A DNA stretch of 64,000 nucleotides from Candidatus Woesearchaeota archaeon. Lineage in GTDB: Archaea; Nanobdellota; Nanobdellia; Woesearchaeales; UBA10216. The translations under genes and the position numbers were made by a program. A model generated the notes under the pieces. That model was not told the origin of the DNA. It searched no databases and worked only from the letters and a program-made list of their open reading frames with translations. Each line of letters opens with the position of its first letter. The first letter of the stretch is position 1. Location of the stretch: NCBI GenBank assembly GCA_016188155.1, contig JACPIH010000002.1:68655-132654 (forward strand), read 5' to 3'. Below are positions 48,544 to 56,844 of this stretch, one piece after another.

Positions 48544-49476
48544 TTAATTATGCCTAAACCATTCAATCGTGCGCTTCAGGCCAGCGTCAACGCTTACCTT
48601 CGGCTGCCAGTTAAGCAGTTTCTTTGCCTTGGAAATGTCAGGGCATCTTGTCTTAGGGTCATCAACAGGCAAAGGCTTGAATGTTATCTTGCTGCCGCTG
48701 CCGGTAAGTTTCAAAATCTTCCCTGCAAACTCCAAAACAGTGTACTCATCAGGATTGCCAAGGTTAATAGGCTCACTAGCCTTTGACAGCATCAGCCGGT
48801 AAATACCCTCAACAAGATCGGTCACGTAACAAAAGCTTCTGGTCTGGGAGCCGTCACCAAAAACAGTAAGTGGCTTTCCTGAAAGGGCCTGCGTAATGAA
48901 AGCGGGAACAACACGGCCATCATTTTTGCGCATGCACTCACCATAAGTGTTGAAAATCCTGGCTATTTTCGTGTCCGTTTTATGAACGCGGTGGTAAGCC
49001 ATTGTGAGCGCCTCTGCAAACCTCTTTGCCTCATCGTAAACACCCCTGGGCCCGATAGGGTTAACATTGCCCCAGTAGCTTTCAGGCTGGGGATGAACAA
49101 GAGGATCACCGTAGACCTCTGAGGTTGAAGCAAGAAGAAAAACAGCCTTCTTAACCTTTGCCAAGCCAAGCATGTTATGAGTTCCCAAACTCCCAACTTT
49201 CAGCGTCTGGATAGGAAAAGCCGCATAATCAAAAGGCGATGCAGGACTAGCAAAATGAAGCACGTAATGAACAGGCTCTGGTATCTCAATGGGCTTCGTA
49301 ACATCATGGTTAATGAAAACAAAATCGCTGTTGCCCTTAAATTCAGTTATGTTCCTGCCGCTCCCGGTAAGGAAATTGTCAACGCAGACAACCCTGAAGC
49401 CCTTATCCAAAAGAAACCTGCACAAATGGCTGCCAATAAAACCGGCTCCGCCAGTAACGAGAACAGTTTTCTTCAT
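48544..49476 (-). CDS. UDP-glucuronate decarboxylase (UDP-xylose synthase / ArnA-C-terminal-like)
   Basis: [39 protein letters not shown]…YDEAKR typical UXS. Confidence 0.8.
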   Translation of the reverse strand: MKKTVLVTGGAGFIGSHLCRFLLDKGFRVVCVDNFLTGSGRNITEFKGNSDFVFINHDVTKPIEIPEPVHYVLHFASPASPFDYAAFPIQTLKVGSLGTHNMLGLAKVKKAVFLLASTSEVYGDPLVHPQPESYWGNVNPIGPRGVYDEAKRFAEALTMAYHRVHKTDTKIARIFNTYGECMRKNDGRVVPAFITQALSGKPLTVFGDGSQTRSFCYVTDLVEGIYRLMLSKASEPINLGNPDEYTVLEFAGKILKLTGSGSKITFKPLPVDDPKTRCPDISKAKKLLNWQPKVSVDAGLKRTIEWFRHN

Positions 49477-49529
49477 TTTTGTTTTATTTATTCGTATGTT
49501 TTTAACCTTTGCTACTGCAGCTTATTCTG

Positions 49530-50282
49530 CTAAGGCTCAAACTCCTTCCTCGCCGCTTCAAGCGCCTCAATCCAGCCTATGTCAAACCACTTTTCAGTGT
49601 AAACGTGGCCAAGGACCTTCTCAAGCTTCATAAGCCACACAAGGAAAAAGCCCATCTTGTCAGGGCTGTTCTTTTCCGCAATGTATTTTTTAACCAAGTT
49701 AAGCTTTTGCTGCGGAAAAAAATAAATGCCCAAAGAGATCAAAGTGGATTTTGGCATAGGAGATTTTTCCATAAACTCAACAAACTCGTTAGTCAGCTCA
49801 TCAATCACGACGCTTCCAGATTCTCTCGCAGCCTTGTAAGATTTTGACTCATACAGCGGATTCAATATCTGCTTCTGCCGCATGAAAACATTGTAAGCAG
49901 GAAGAAGAGAGAAATTGAACAAGTTGTCTCCAGCAACAACAAGAAGGCCATCATCGATACCTTCCCTTTCCATAACGAAATGTATGTCCCCAACCTGGCC
50001 AAGGCGGTCATCATTGGATGCTGTGCCATCATTAACCAGCTTGATTGGAACTGGAAAGTTCGCCTTTATCTCAACCAGCCAGTCCTCAAACAAGGGATAA
50101 AACTTTGCATTTGTGACAATAAAGATTTCATCAACCTCAGGAATCTCGGAAATCTTTCCAACAATGTGCTCAACAATTGGCTTCCCCTTAACCTCAAGAA
50201 GCGGCTTCGGGATGTCTTTGGTCAATGGCCACAAGCGGGAGGCATAACCGGCAGCTGTAATTATTGCTTTGATACAAATCAC
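49530..50282 (-). CDS. sugar-phosphate nucleotidyltransferase
   Basis: AIITAAGYASRLWPLT…LLVVAGDNLF. Confidence 0.6.
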   Translation of the reverse strand: MICIKAIITAAGYASRLWPLTKDIPKPLLEVKGKPIVEHIVGKISEIPEVDEIFIVTNAKFYPLFEDWLVEIKANFPVPIKLVNDGTASNDDRLGQVGDIHFVMEREGIDDGLLVVAGDNLFNFSLLPAYNVFMRQKQILNPLYESKSYKAARESGSVVIDELTNEFVEFMEKSPMPKSTLISLGIYFFPQQKLNLVKKYIAEKNSPDKMGFFLVWLMKLEKVLGHVYTEKWFDIGWIEALEAARKEFEP

Positions 50283-50289
50283 CCCTCAT

Positions 50290-51591
50290 TTAGCCCCGGC
50301 CAATCCCAGCATAATTGAAGCCCAGGCTCCGCATTTCCTCTGGCTCGTAAATGTTGCGGCCATCAACGACATTAGGCTCGGCCATAAGCTGCTTCATCCT
50401 GCCCTTATCCAGTTCGCGGAACAAATCCCACTCAGTAACAACAACAAGGCAGCTTGCACCTTCCAAGGCACCCAGAGGCGTATCAGCGTAATGAACTCCA
50501 TTGAGAACCTGCCGGGCATTCCTCTCCGAAACAGGGTCAAAGGCATACACCTCGGCGCCAAGCTTCTGCAGCTCCCTTATTATGACAATTGAAGGGGCTT
50601 CCCTCATGTCATCAGTCTTTGGCTTGAAAGAAAGGCCCCAGACAGTAACCTTCCTGCCCTTCAAATCAGGCACGAGCCTCTGGACTTTTTGAATGACAGA
50701 AGACTTCTGCAATTCATTAATGCCGTCCACAGACTCCAAAAGCCTTGAGTTGCAGCCATGCGCCTTCATCAATTGAATCAGGGCCCTCACATCCTTAGGG
50801 AAACAGCTTCCGCCGTAACCAATGCCTGCCTGAAGGAACCTTGGGCCTATCCTGCTATCAAGGCCGATGCCTTTAGCGATTGTCTTCACATCGGCACCGA
50901 CCTTCTCACACAAATAGGAAATCTCGTTCATAAAGGAGATTCTTGTGGCAAGCATCGCATTGCTTGCGTACTTGATAAGCTCAGAGCTCTTGACATCGGT
51001 AATCATAATAGGCCTTCCGGTTCGCTCAATAGGCCTGTAAATGGAAAGCATAACGTCTTTTGCCTTGCCATTGTCAACGCCAATGACAACCCTGTCCGGA
51101 ATCATAAAGTCGTTAACAGCCTCGCCCTCCCTAAGGAACTCGGGATTTGAGACAACATCAAACTCAACGGCCTTCCTAAGCTTCTCCCTTATCAATTCCC
51201 GGACCTTGTGGCAGGTTCCAACAGGAACCGTGCTTTTGACTATGATAACCTTGTAAGAGCCCATAAACCTGGCAATCTGCTCGGCAACAGCAAAAACAGA
51301 AGACATGTCAGCGCTGCCATCAGAGCTGGAAGGGGTGCCAACAGCAATAAAGACAACATCAGAATTCTTAATGGCAATCTCAGAGTCTGTCGTAAACATA
51401 AGGCGCTTCTGGGCAAGGTTCATCTCAACCATGTCCCTAAGGCCGGGCTCGAAAAACGGGATAACGCCCCTCCTGAGAGCAGAGACCTTCTCGTCATCAA
51501 TGTCAACGCAGATAACGTCATTGCCAAGGTTAGCAAGGCAGGCGCCTGTCACAAGGCCAACGTAGCCACAACCAATAACAGCAATCTTCAT
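50290..51591 (-). CDS. ugd: UDP-glucose 6-dehydrogenase
   Basis: MKIAVIGCGYVGLVTGACLA…; GGSCFPKD catalytic Cys motif; ATG 51591 with TATA about 26 nt upstream. Confidence 0.85.
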   Translation of the reverse strand: MKIAVIGCGYVGLVTGACLANLGNDVICVDIDDEKVSALRRGVIPFFEPGLRDMVEMNLAQKRLMFTTDSEIAIKNSDVVFIAVGTPSSSDGSADMSSVFAVAEQIARFMGSYKVIIVKSTVPVGTCHKVRELIREKLRKAVEFDVVSNPEFLREGEAVNDFMIPDRVVIGVDNGKAKDVMLSIYRPIERTGRPIMITDVKSSELIKYASNAMLATRISFMNEISYLCEKVGADVKTIAKGIGLDSRIGPRFLQAGIGYGGSCFPKDVRALIQLMKAHGCNSRLLESVDGINELQKSSVIQKVQRLVPDLKGRKVTVWGLSFKPKTDDMREAPSIVIIRELQKLGAEVYAFDPVSERNARQVLNGVHYADTPLGALEGASCLVVVTEWDLFRELDKGRMKQLMAEPNVVDGRNIYEPEEMRSLGFNYAGIGRG

Positions 51592-51612
51592 ACTGCTGCC
51601 GAACACCAAACA

Positions 51613-51620
51613 CATATAAA
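51613..51620 (-). promoter_or_regulatory. TATA box (TTTATATG on minus strand) about 26 nt upstream of ugd ATG 51591
   Basis: Sequence and spacing in divergent ugd / RHH-regulator intergenic region. Confidence 0.4.
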
Positions 51621-51652
51621 TATCTTACCATTATCCTACCTTATCCGATACA

Positions 51653-51660
51653 TTTATATA
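51653..51660 (+). promoter_or_regulatory. TATA box (TTTATATA) upstream of RHH-nucleotidyltransferase gene 51711
   Basis: Sequence; about 50 nt before ATG. Confidence 0.35.
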
Positions 51661-51710
51661 TTCAAACGGTTAAGTCACAACACAATCACAGCAGCAGCTG
51701 CTGAACGAAA

Positions 51711-52511
51711 ATGAAGCGCAAAATCAGCATAACCATTGAGGACAGCCTACTGAAGGGAATAGACTCCGTCGTCGATAACGTCTTCATCAGGAACAGGTCG
51801 CAGGCCATCGAGTTTCTGACAAAGACGGCCCTGGGTGAGCACAAGCAGGCAGTCATACTGGCAGGGGGGCCCGATGAGAAGCTGAAGATTTCCGAGGCAG
51901 AATACAGAATAACGGCGAGGGTTAAAAACACGACAGTCGTTGAGAAAGCGGTAAAAAAGCTCAGGGAGAACGGCTTCAAGGACATCTACATCGTAGCGAG
52001 GCACAACGTCCTCACAAAGGTGTTTGACATTATGAAAGACGGCAGCAGCCACAACGTCAAGGTCACCTACATTGAGGAAAAGGAAAGCGACGGAAGCGCA
52101 GACACCCTGCGGCTGCTTAAAGGGAAGATAAGCACCAACTTTCTGGCAGTTTATGGGCACATAATATTTGACAAGGTAAACATAGAGGAGCTGTGGAACC
52201 AACATATAAAACAAGGCACGGCAGTAGCAACCCTTATACTGACAACAGCACCAAACCCGAGCGAGAAAGGTACAGTAAAAGTGGAAGGCAACCGCATACT
52301 GGAATTCATACAGAAACCGAGGAAAACCGACGTTTACCTTGTTTTCTCACCCATCTTTGTCGCAACTCCTGAAATATTCAACACAGAAGGCAGCAGCCTA
52401 GAGTACGACGTTTTTCCTAAGCTGGCAGAGCAAGGGCTCCTCTTTGGACACACATCAGCAGAGAAAGAGCAGCACATACACACGGCCGCAGACGCGAAAA
52501 CAATCAGGTAG
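51711..52511 (+). CDS. ribbon-helix-helix (CopG/NikR-like) DNA-binding domain fused to a degenerate sugar-nucleotidyltransferase-like domain (candidate ligand-sensing regulator)
   Basis: KISITIEDSLLKGIDSVV…NRSQAIEFL RHH pattern; then AVILAGGPDEKL…GSADTL NTP-transferase-like but lacking the GxGTRL phosphate-binding residues. Confidence 0.55.
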   Translation: MKRKISITIEDSLLKGIDSVVDNVFIRNRSQAIEFLTKTALGEHKQAVILAGGPDEKLKISEAEYRITARVKNTTVVEKAVKKLRENGFKDIYIVARHNVLTKVFDIMKDGSSHNVKVTYIEEKESDGSADTLRLLKGKISTNFLAVYGHIIFDKVNIEELWNQHIKQGTAVATLILTTAPNPSEKGTVKVEGNRILEFIQKPRKTDVYLVFSPIFVATPEIFNTEGSSLEYDVFPKLAEQGLLFGHTSAEKEQHIHTAADAKTIR

Positions 52512-52535
52512 CTTGAGCCGCAAGCCGCAGCAAAC

Positions 52536-52543
52536 TTTATAAA
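52536..52543 (+). promoter_or_regulatory. TATA box (TTTATAAA) about 24 nt upstream of 5S rRNA 5' end
   Basis: Sequence and spacing. Confidence 0.45.
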
Positions 52544-52561
52544 CCACCACCTCATTCTAAG

Positions 52562-52684
52562 CGTCGTGAACGGCCATGGCCGCCCGGTAATACCTGATCC
52601 CATTTCGAACTCAGAAGTCAAGCGGGCGCACGTTCCTGCCAGTACTGCACGTCGTGCGGAAACGTAGGATCGCTGTTCACACTT
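52562..52684 (+). rRNA. rrf: 5S ribosomal RNA
   Basis: …CCCAUUUCGAACUCAGAAGUCAAGCGGGCGCACG… matches conserved 5S loop C/helix III core; 5' GUGAACGGC pairs with 3' GCUGUUCAC (helix I); TATA upstream, T5 tract downstream. Confidence 0.8.
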
Positions 52685-52688
52685 AACC

Positions 52689-52693
52689 TTTTT
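52689..52693 (+). terminator. T5 tract immediately after 5S rRNA 3' end (archaeal oligo-T terminator candidate)
   Basis: CACACTTAACCTTTTTG following helix I 3' strand. Confidence 0.3.
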
Positions 52694-52725
52694 GCGAAAA
52701 AGGTTAACCAAAAACGTTCACACTT

Positions 52726-53193
52726 TTATTTTTCTGAGTGGTTTAGGCAAGAAATAGTGTAGCTGTAACTAACCTGTCGCCTGGGCACAAGGCCAAGGAA
52801 CCTGTAGCGCTGATCAACAACGTCAGCCCTAACATAAAAGCGCAGCTGGCCGTTACGGTTATCCTTTTTAATGTGAAGCTGCCCGTCGAGTGATGCAATA
52901 GACACTTCGGTTGTTGAATTATCTTCAGAGTGCACAGCAACCCTCTGCTCCAGAAGCATAGCCGAAATTTCTGCGCCTGTTCCCTTTGCGTGAACAGAAG
53001 GCTTTTCCCTTTGCATTCTAGGAAAGACAGGAACGCCAGCATAGCTAAGAGTCACGCCTAACAGTTCTGCCTCAGGTAGCTCGGCAATTTGAGCGCATGC
53101 ATCTTGAAGACTAAGCTTTTGTAACATAAGGATACCAAAGAGCTGAAAAAAAGGCTTATTTAAAAAGGATTTGGCTGCACACGGCTTCAACAC
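52726..53193 (-). CDS. single-domain diaminopimelate-epimerase-fold (DapF/PhzF-like) protein, probably non-catalytic; start may be internal ATG near 53127
   Basis: Aligns by eye to DapF C-terminal domain (VTLSY…RMQRE…AKGTGAEISAML…LDGQLHI…) with catalytic Cys position occupied by Lys. Confidence 0.35.
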   Translation of the reverse strand: MLKPCAAKSFLNKPFFQLFGILMLQKLSLQDACAQIAELPEAELLGVTLSYAGVPVFPRMQREKPSVHAKGTGAEISAMLLEQRVAVHSEDNSTTEVSIASLDGQLHIKKDNRNGQLRFYVRADVVDQRYRFLGLVPRRQVSYSYTISCLNHSEK

Positions 53194-53259
53194 GCTTCAA
53201 TATACTGGTATATGATACCAAAACCTTTATGTATCACCTAGTGCCTAAACCGTATTGGC

Positions 53260-53817
53260 ATGGTTTTCATAAGAATCAAGCGGATTTCCGGGAAAGAGTA
53301 CGGCTACCTTGTTGCCAACAGCTGGACAGGCTCAGGACCGAGGCAGAAGGTGTCAAAATACCTTGGAAGGCTGATAAGGCCTGAAAAGGCAAAAAGTGAG
53401 CCCTTAGCGCAGTTCCTGGGGCTTGCAGGCGAGCCTGCCATTACTGAATGGGTAAAGAAGAGCAGTTTCAAGGAGATTGCTGCTGCGCTGATAAAATGGG
53501 AGCTTAACAATCACAACATTGCAGAGAGCAGCTACGGAATCAGTGCAGAAAAGGCCGAACTTCTCGACTGTAAAGGCAAGCCGGTTGCCATTGCGCTGAA
53601 TGACGGGTTCCTGTGCGGCCACACAGCCAAAAAGCTGCTGGAATACGACGCAGCAGCCGACTACTCAGGCTATAATCTGGCAGACGCCTTAACAGCTGCC
53701 GGGATAGCTATTGAGAAAGAAGTCTTCATAACACTGTTCGGGAAGATGCAGGCAATGACAGGAGCCGGAAAGCAGGAAGCTGCGGCAAAAGAGACATTGA
53801 AGGACTTCTACTACTGA
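53260..53817 (+). CDS. hypothetical protein
   Basis: 185-aa ORF, no recognisable motif. Confidence 0.4.
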   Translation: MVFIRIKRISGKEYGYLVANSWTGSGPRQKVSKYLGRLIRPEKAKSEPLAQFLGLAGEPAITEWVKKSSFKEIAAALIKWELNNHNIAESSYGISAEKAELLDCKGKPVAIALNDGFLCGHTAKKLLEYDAAADYSGYNLADALTAAGIAIEKEVFITLFGKMQAMTGAGKQEAAAKETLKDFYY

Positions 53818-54881
53818 GAATTGCCATTAATCTCAAGCGTAATTTGACCAGTTTTCTCGTCGATGGATCTGATAAGCTTGTTGCTGCCGAAGTACTCCCT
53901 AAGCTGGTCTGGCGTGAAGGTCTTCCTGAGCGTGTTATAGTCGTCAAGGATGCGCTTAACGTCCTGGTAATGCTCATAGATGAGCTTTGCAGCCTTGGTA
54001 GCTTCCTCAGCAACCCTTGCAAACTCCGCAACTGCCGAATTCTGCTGCCCAATAGCTATTTCAAGCTCATTTATTCGCATTGAAAAAGCGGCAGTTTTCG
54101 GCGACACGGAAGCTGCGGTAAGCTGTGCCGTGGCGTTTGCCTCTAAAGTTGCGTTTATTGGCTGCTTCCTAGACAGCAGCTGCTGCAGTGATGAGTAAAG
54201 CTTCTGAAGTTCTAGTTGGGATAGCTTGGATGGTTTCTTGGACTTATCAACAGCGGCAGCAGAACAGAGCTGTTCAGCATATGTGCCGGAAAGGCCAAGG
54301 TCAACAGCCAAAGCCTTTACCACAGAGTCCTTTTCCGACGACAAAACAGCTTTTTGGAACTGCCCTTCATTCATCGCTGCAAAATCGGCAGTTGCCGGGG
54401 GAAGCGCGTAAGCGAATCCAGGCCTTACTGTGCGGTCCCTCCATGCCTGATGCTCAGCACAGCCAAGAATAACCCCTTTCTCATCAACCAGGATTACGTT
54501 GCCCTTGCTGAACAACTCGATAATGAGCCTGAAATGCAGCTGCTGTCTCGACGAGAAAACAAGCTCAAGGATGCGCTCTGAACCAGGCTGCAAGACCGAA
54601 GCCAGCCTTGCATTGCCCAAATGGTGCCTCAGAAAGCTGCAAAAGCCGCCAGGCTTCTCTGCAGTTGCCGGTTTCTTAGACGAGAAAAACAGTGAGGAAG
54701 GCGCAAGGCAGACAAGAAACCTTTTACCCTCACTTGTGTTCAGCTGCAGCACAATCGACTTCCCCGGCTTCGCTGCGGCTGGCTGCTGAAGCTCATAAAC
54801 CTGGTCCAGCCAAGAGCCTTCAAGCTGCTTAAGCTCACTCACAAGCGTCCTAAGCTCTATTGCAGCAATCTGGTTTCTCAT
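53811..54881 (-). CDS. NFACT-N domain protein (Rqc2/NEMF/FbpA-like N-terminal domain plus coiled coil)
   Basis: …RILELVFSSRQQLHFRLIIELFSKGNVILVDEKGVILGC… resembles NFACT-N core; coiled-coil C-terminus; shorter (356 aa) than full NEMF homologs. Confidence 0.45.
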   Translation of the reverse strand: MRNQIAAIELRTLVSELKQLEGSWLDQVYELQQPAAAKPGKSIVLQLNTSEGKRFLVCLAPSSLFFSSKKPATAEKPGGFCSFLRHHLGNARLASVLQPGSERILELVFSSRQQLHFRLIIELFSKGNVILVDEKGVILGCAEHQAWRDRTVRPGFAYALPPATADFAAMNEGQFQKAVLSSEKDSVVKALAVDLGLSGTYAEQLCSAAAVDKSKKPSKLSQLELQKLYSSLQQLLSRKQPINATLEANATAQLTAASVSPKTAAFSMRINELEIAIGQQNSAVAEFARVAEEATKAAKLIYEHYQDVKRILDDYNTLRKTFTPDQLREYFGSNKLIRSIDEKTGQITLEINGNSQ

Positions 54882-54988
54882 AAATCCTCACTTTTGTAGT
54901 TTTATGCGAACTTTTTTAGCTAATTTTGGCTGTTTTCATTCATTGAGTAAAGTATTTAAATAGGTTTCCCATTAAAACGGTTTCAAAA

Positions 54989-55690
54989 ATGGGGTTTTTG
55001 GGCTTCTTATTCGGCAGCAGCACGAAACCCAAGTCGACGGCGGTCGACTGGGCACAGTCGCGGCAGCGACTTGTGAGTGAGAAGAGCGTGCGGCAGGTGC
55101 AGCCATCGGAAATCTCACTTTCACCCTTTGCAGTCATAGAAGGCAAGGTAATATCCGCGTTCTCCAAGGTAAAGCAGGACATCACACTCGTAAGCTCCTG
55201 GCTCAAGTACCTCAGGCACAAGGACCTGCTGCATGAGCAAAGGCACACAAAAACGCACAGGGAGCTGGGGGAGCACAAAGTAAGGATTGAAAGGCTGCAA
55301 GCAGAAATGGTAGAGCTCAAAGCAGCCCTAAATGAGGCCAAAACTGCTGCCCAAACAGGTTCGTTTCCGAACCTAGTCCGGACTAAATCCGAACCTAAAG
55401 CGGACCTAAAACGAACCCAGTTTGAAAACAGGGTTGTAAGCACGCTTAGGAGCAGAAGAAAGGACTATGTTTTGAAGCAAATCCTTGAATTGGCAGCGAA
55501 AGAAACGCACTCAACAAGCGAAATAGAGCAAATTGTCGTCGGAGAAAAGGCTTTGTGCGGAAGGACCGCATTCTACGATTACATTCGCGAGCTTAAGCAC
55601 AAAAGGATGATAAGACCCAGTGAAAAGGGCTCGAAAAAGGTTGTTGTTGCCGAAAAAGCTGGTTTGGAGCAGGTTCGTTTCCGAACCTAA
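54989..55690 (+). CDS. coiled-coil protein with C-terminal winged-helix-like domain (putative DNA-binding/regulatory protein)
   Basis: 233 aa; central heptad-rich segment; C-terminal …YDYIRELKHKRMIRPSEKGSKK… wHTH-like; contains duplicated 44-bp element. Confidence 0.4.
   Translation: MGFLGFLFGSSTKPKSTAVDWAQSRQRLVSEKSVRQVQPSEISLSPFAVIEGKVISAFSKVKQDITLVSSWLKYLRHKDLLHEQRHTKTHRELGEHKVRIERLQAEMVELKAALNEAKTAAQTGSFPNLVRTKSEPKADLKRTQFENRVVSTLRSRRKDYVLKQILELAAKETHSTSEIEQIVVGEKALCGRTAFYDYIRELKHKRMIRPSEKGSKKVVVAEKAGLEQVRFRT
55356..55417 (+). repeat. copy 1 of about 44-bp palindrome-containing element (CAGGTTCGTTTCCGAACCTAgTCCGGACTAAATCCGAACCTA…)
   Basis: Near-identical to 55670..55723 (1 mismatch over about 44 nt); contains GGTTCG-TTTC-CGAACC hairpin and AGTCCGGACT palindrome. 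Confidence 0.6.
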
Positions 55691-55723
55691 TCCGGACTAA
55701 ATCCGAACCTAGTCCGGACCTAC
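55670..55723 (+). repeat. copy 2 of about 44-bp palindrome-containing element, spanning stop codon of 54989..55690 and convergent intergenic region
   Basis: See copy 1. Confidence 0.6.
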
Positions 55724-56244
55724 GTCAGCAGCTTCCTGATTTTGGCCGCAAATGCCTTGACATCGGCTGTTTTTGCTGTTGTGGTGTCAAAGGCAACAAT
55801 CCTGTGACCCATTTCCTTGGCTTCAGAGAGGCAGGTGTCAAAGATCTCGGCATTGAGGTTTTCCCTTACCTTTGCCTGGCTGTAGCCTTTCCTTCTTAGC
55901 CGGTGCTGGAGGGTTTTTAAGCTGCAGCGGGCAACGAGGCACAAATCAGCGTACTTTTTGGGGAGATAGTGAGACATGTGTGAGTCGAGAATAATGCCTT
56001 TCCTGCCTCCTCTAAGGGCTTTTTGCCTCACTTTTATGCGTGAGCGGGCCAGTTTTGCCTCGTCTACAACGTAAGTATGCCTTTTCCGGTCGTAGCTGCT
56101 GTAAATGTGAGCATTCTTCACGAAAGAACCAACGTCAAAGTGCGTATAACTCAGCAAAAGTGAGAGCTTTTTGGCCAAGGTTGTCTTGCCAGTGCCCGGA
56201 GTGCCTGTGACAATCAGGGTTACGAAGCGAGTCGTCATCGCCAA
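55720..56244 (-). CDS. P-loop kinase of the adenylate-kinase-6/Fap7 family
   Basis: IVTGTPGTGKTTLAKKLS Walker A at N-terminus; about 170 aa. Confidence 0.6.
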   Translation of the reverse strand: MAMTTRFVTLIVTGTPGTGKTTLAKKLSLLLSYTHFDVGSFVKNAHIYSSYDRKRHTYVVDEAKLARSRIKVRQKALRGGRKGIILDSHMSHYLPKKYADLCLVARCSLKTLQHRLRRKGYSQAKVRENLNAEIFDTCLSEAKEMGHRIVAFDTTTAKTADVKAFAAKIRKLLT

Positions 56245-56427
56245 ACCACCTGTCTTTTAGGCACTAGGCTGAAAAGTGAGCTTAAGACGCTTAGTTTCAG
56301 TGCTAGGATAGAATAAAACAGGGATTTGCGCATTGCTGAAGCAGTTACCAATGGCAGTATAAAAGGATAACTGAAGTTTACAGCGAACTGCAAAAGAATT
56401 TTAAACCTGAATTCCCTGACCAAGGCC

Positions 56428-56772
56428 ATGAAGGTGGGTTTCTTTTTCATCATTGTGGCAGTTTTAGCTGCGGTAGTCATGTTTGCAGGGTGTAAAACGC
56501 AAACTGACGGCAAACAACCACCGCTGCAGCCGCAGCCGCCAAAAGAAAACGTAACAGTGGAGTGCTCCTCTGACTCTGACTGCGGCGTTGGAGGCTGCTC
56601 AGGGCAGGTATGCACAGCAGCCTCTGAGGCTGCTGGGGTAATAACGACGTGTGAGTACCGGGCAGAGTATGACTGCCTGAAGCTGACGAGCTGCGGCTGC
56701 GTGGAAGGCAAATGCGCTTGGAAAGAAACAGCAGGGTATATGGGTTGTTTGGATAAGCTTAACTCGCAATAG
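56428..56772 (+). CDS. small secreted Cys-rich protein/lipoprotein
   Basis: Signal peptide with Cys after hydrophobic core (VVMFAGC); 10 Cys in mature part. Confidence 0.45.
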   Translation: MKVGFFFIIVAVLAAVVMFAGCKTQTDGKQPPLQPQPPKENVTVECSSDSDCGVGGCSGQVCTAASEAAGVITTCEYRAEYDCLKLTSCGCVEGKCAWKETAGYMGCLDKLNSQ

Positions 56773-56844
56773 CGGCAGTAGCAGCGATAAAAATAAAAAG
56801 CCGCTGCATAAAGGAAAACAGGGTCTAAAAAAGGTAGTTCTGGA

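Noticed and set aside
55356-55723. CRISPR array
   Set aside because: There are only two copies of the repeat, about 270 bp apart. One copy is coding, there is no regular spacer array, and no cas genes are present.
56245-56427. Possible tRNA or structured ncRNA in the 183-bp intergenic region with partial inverted repeats (GCACTAGGCTGAAA … TTTCAGTGCTAGG)
   Set aside because: The repeats are imperfect and permuted, and no cloverleaf or convincing stem could be built by eye. It is left unannotated.
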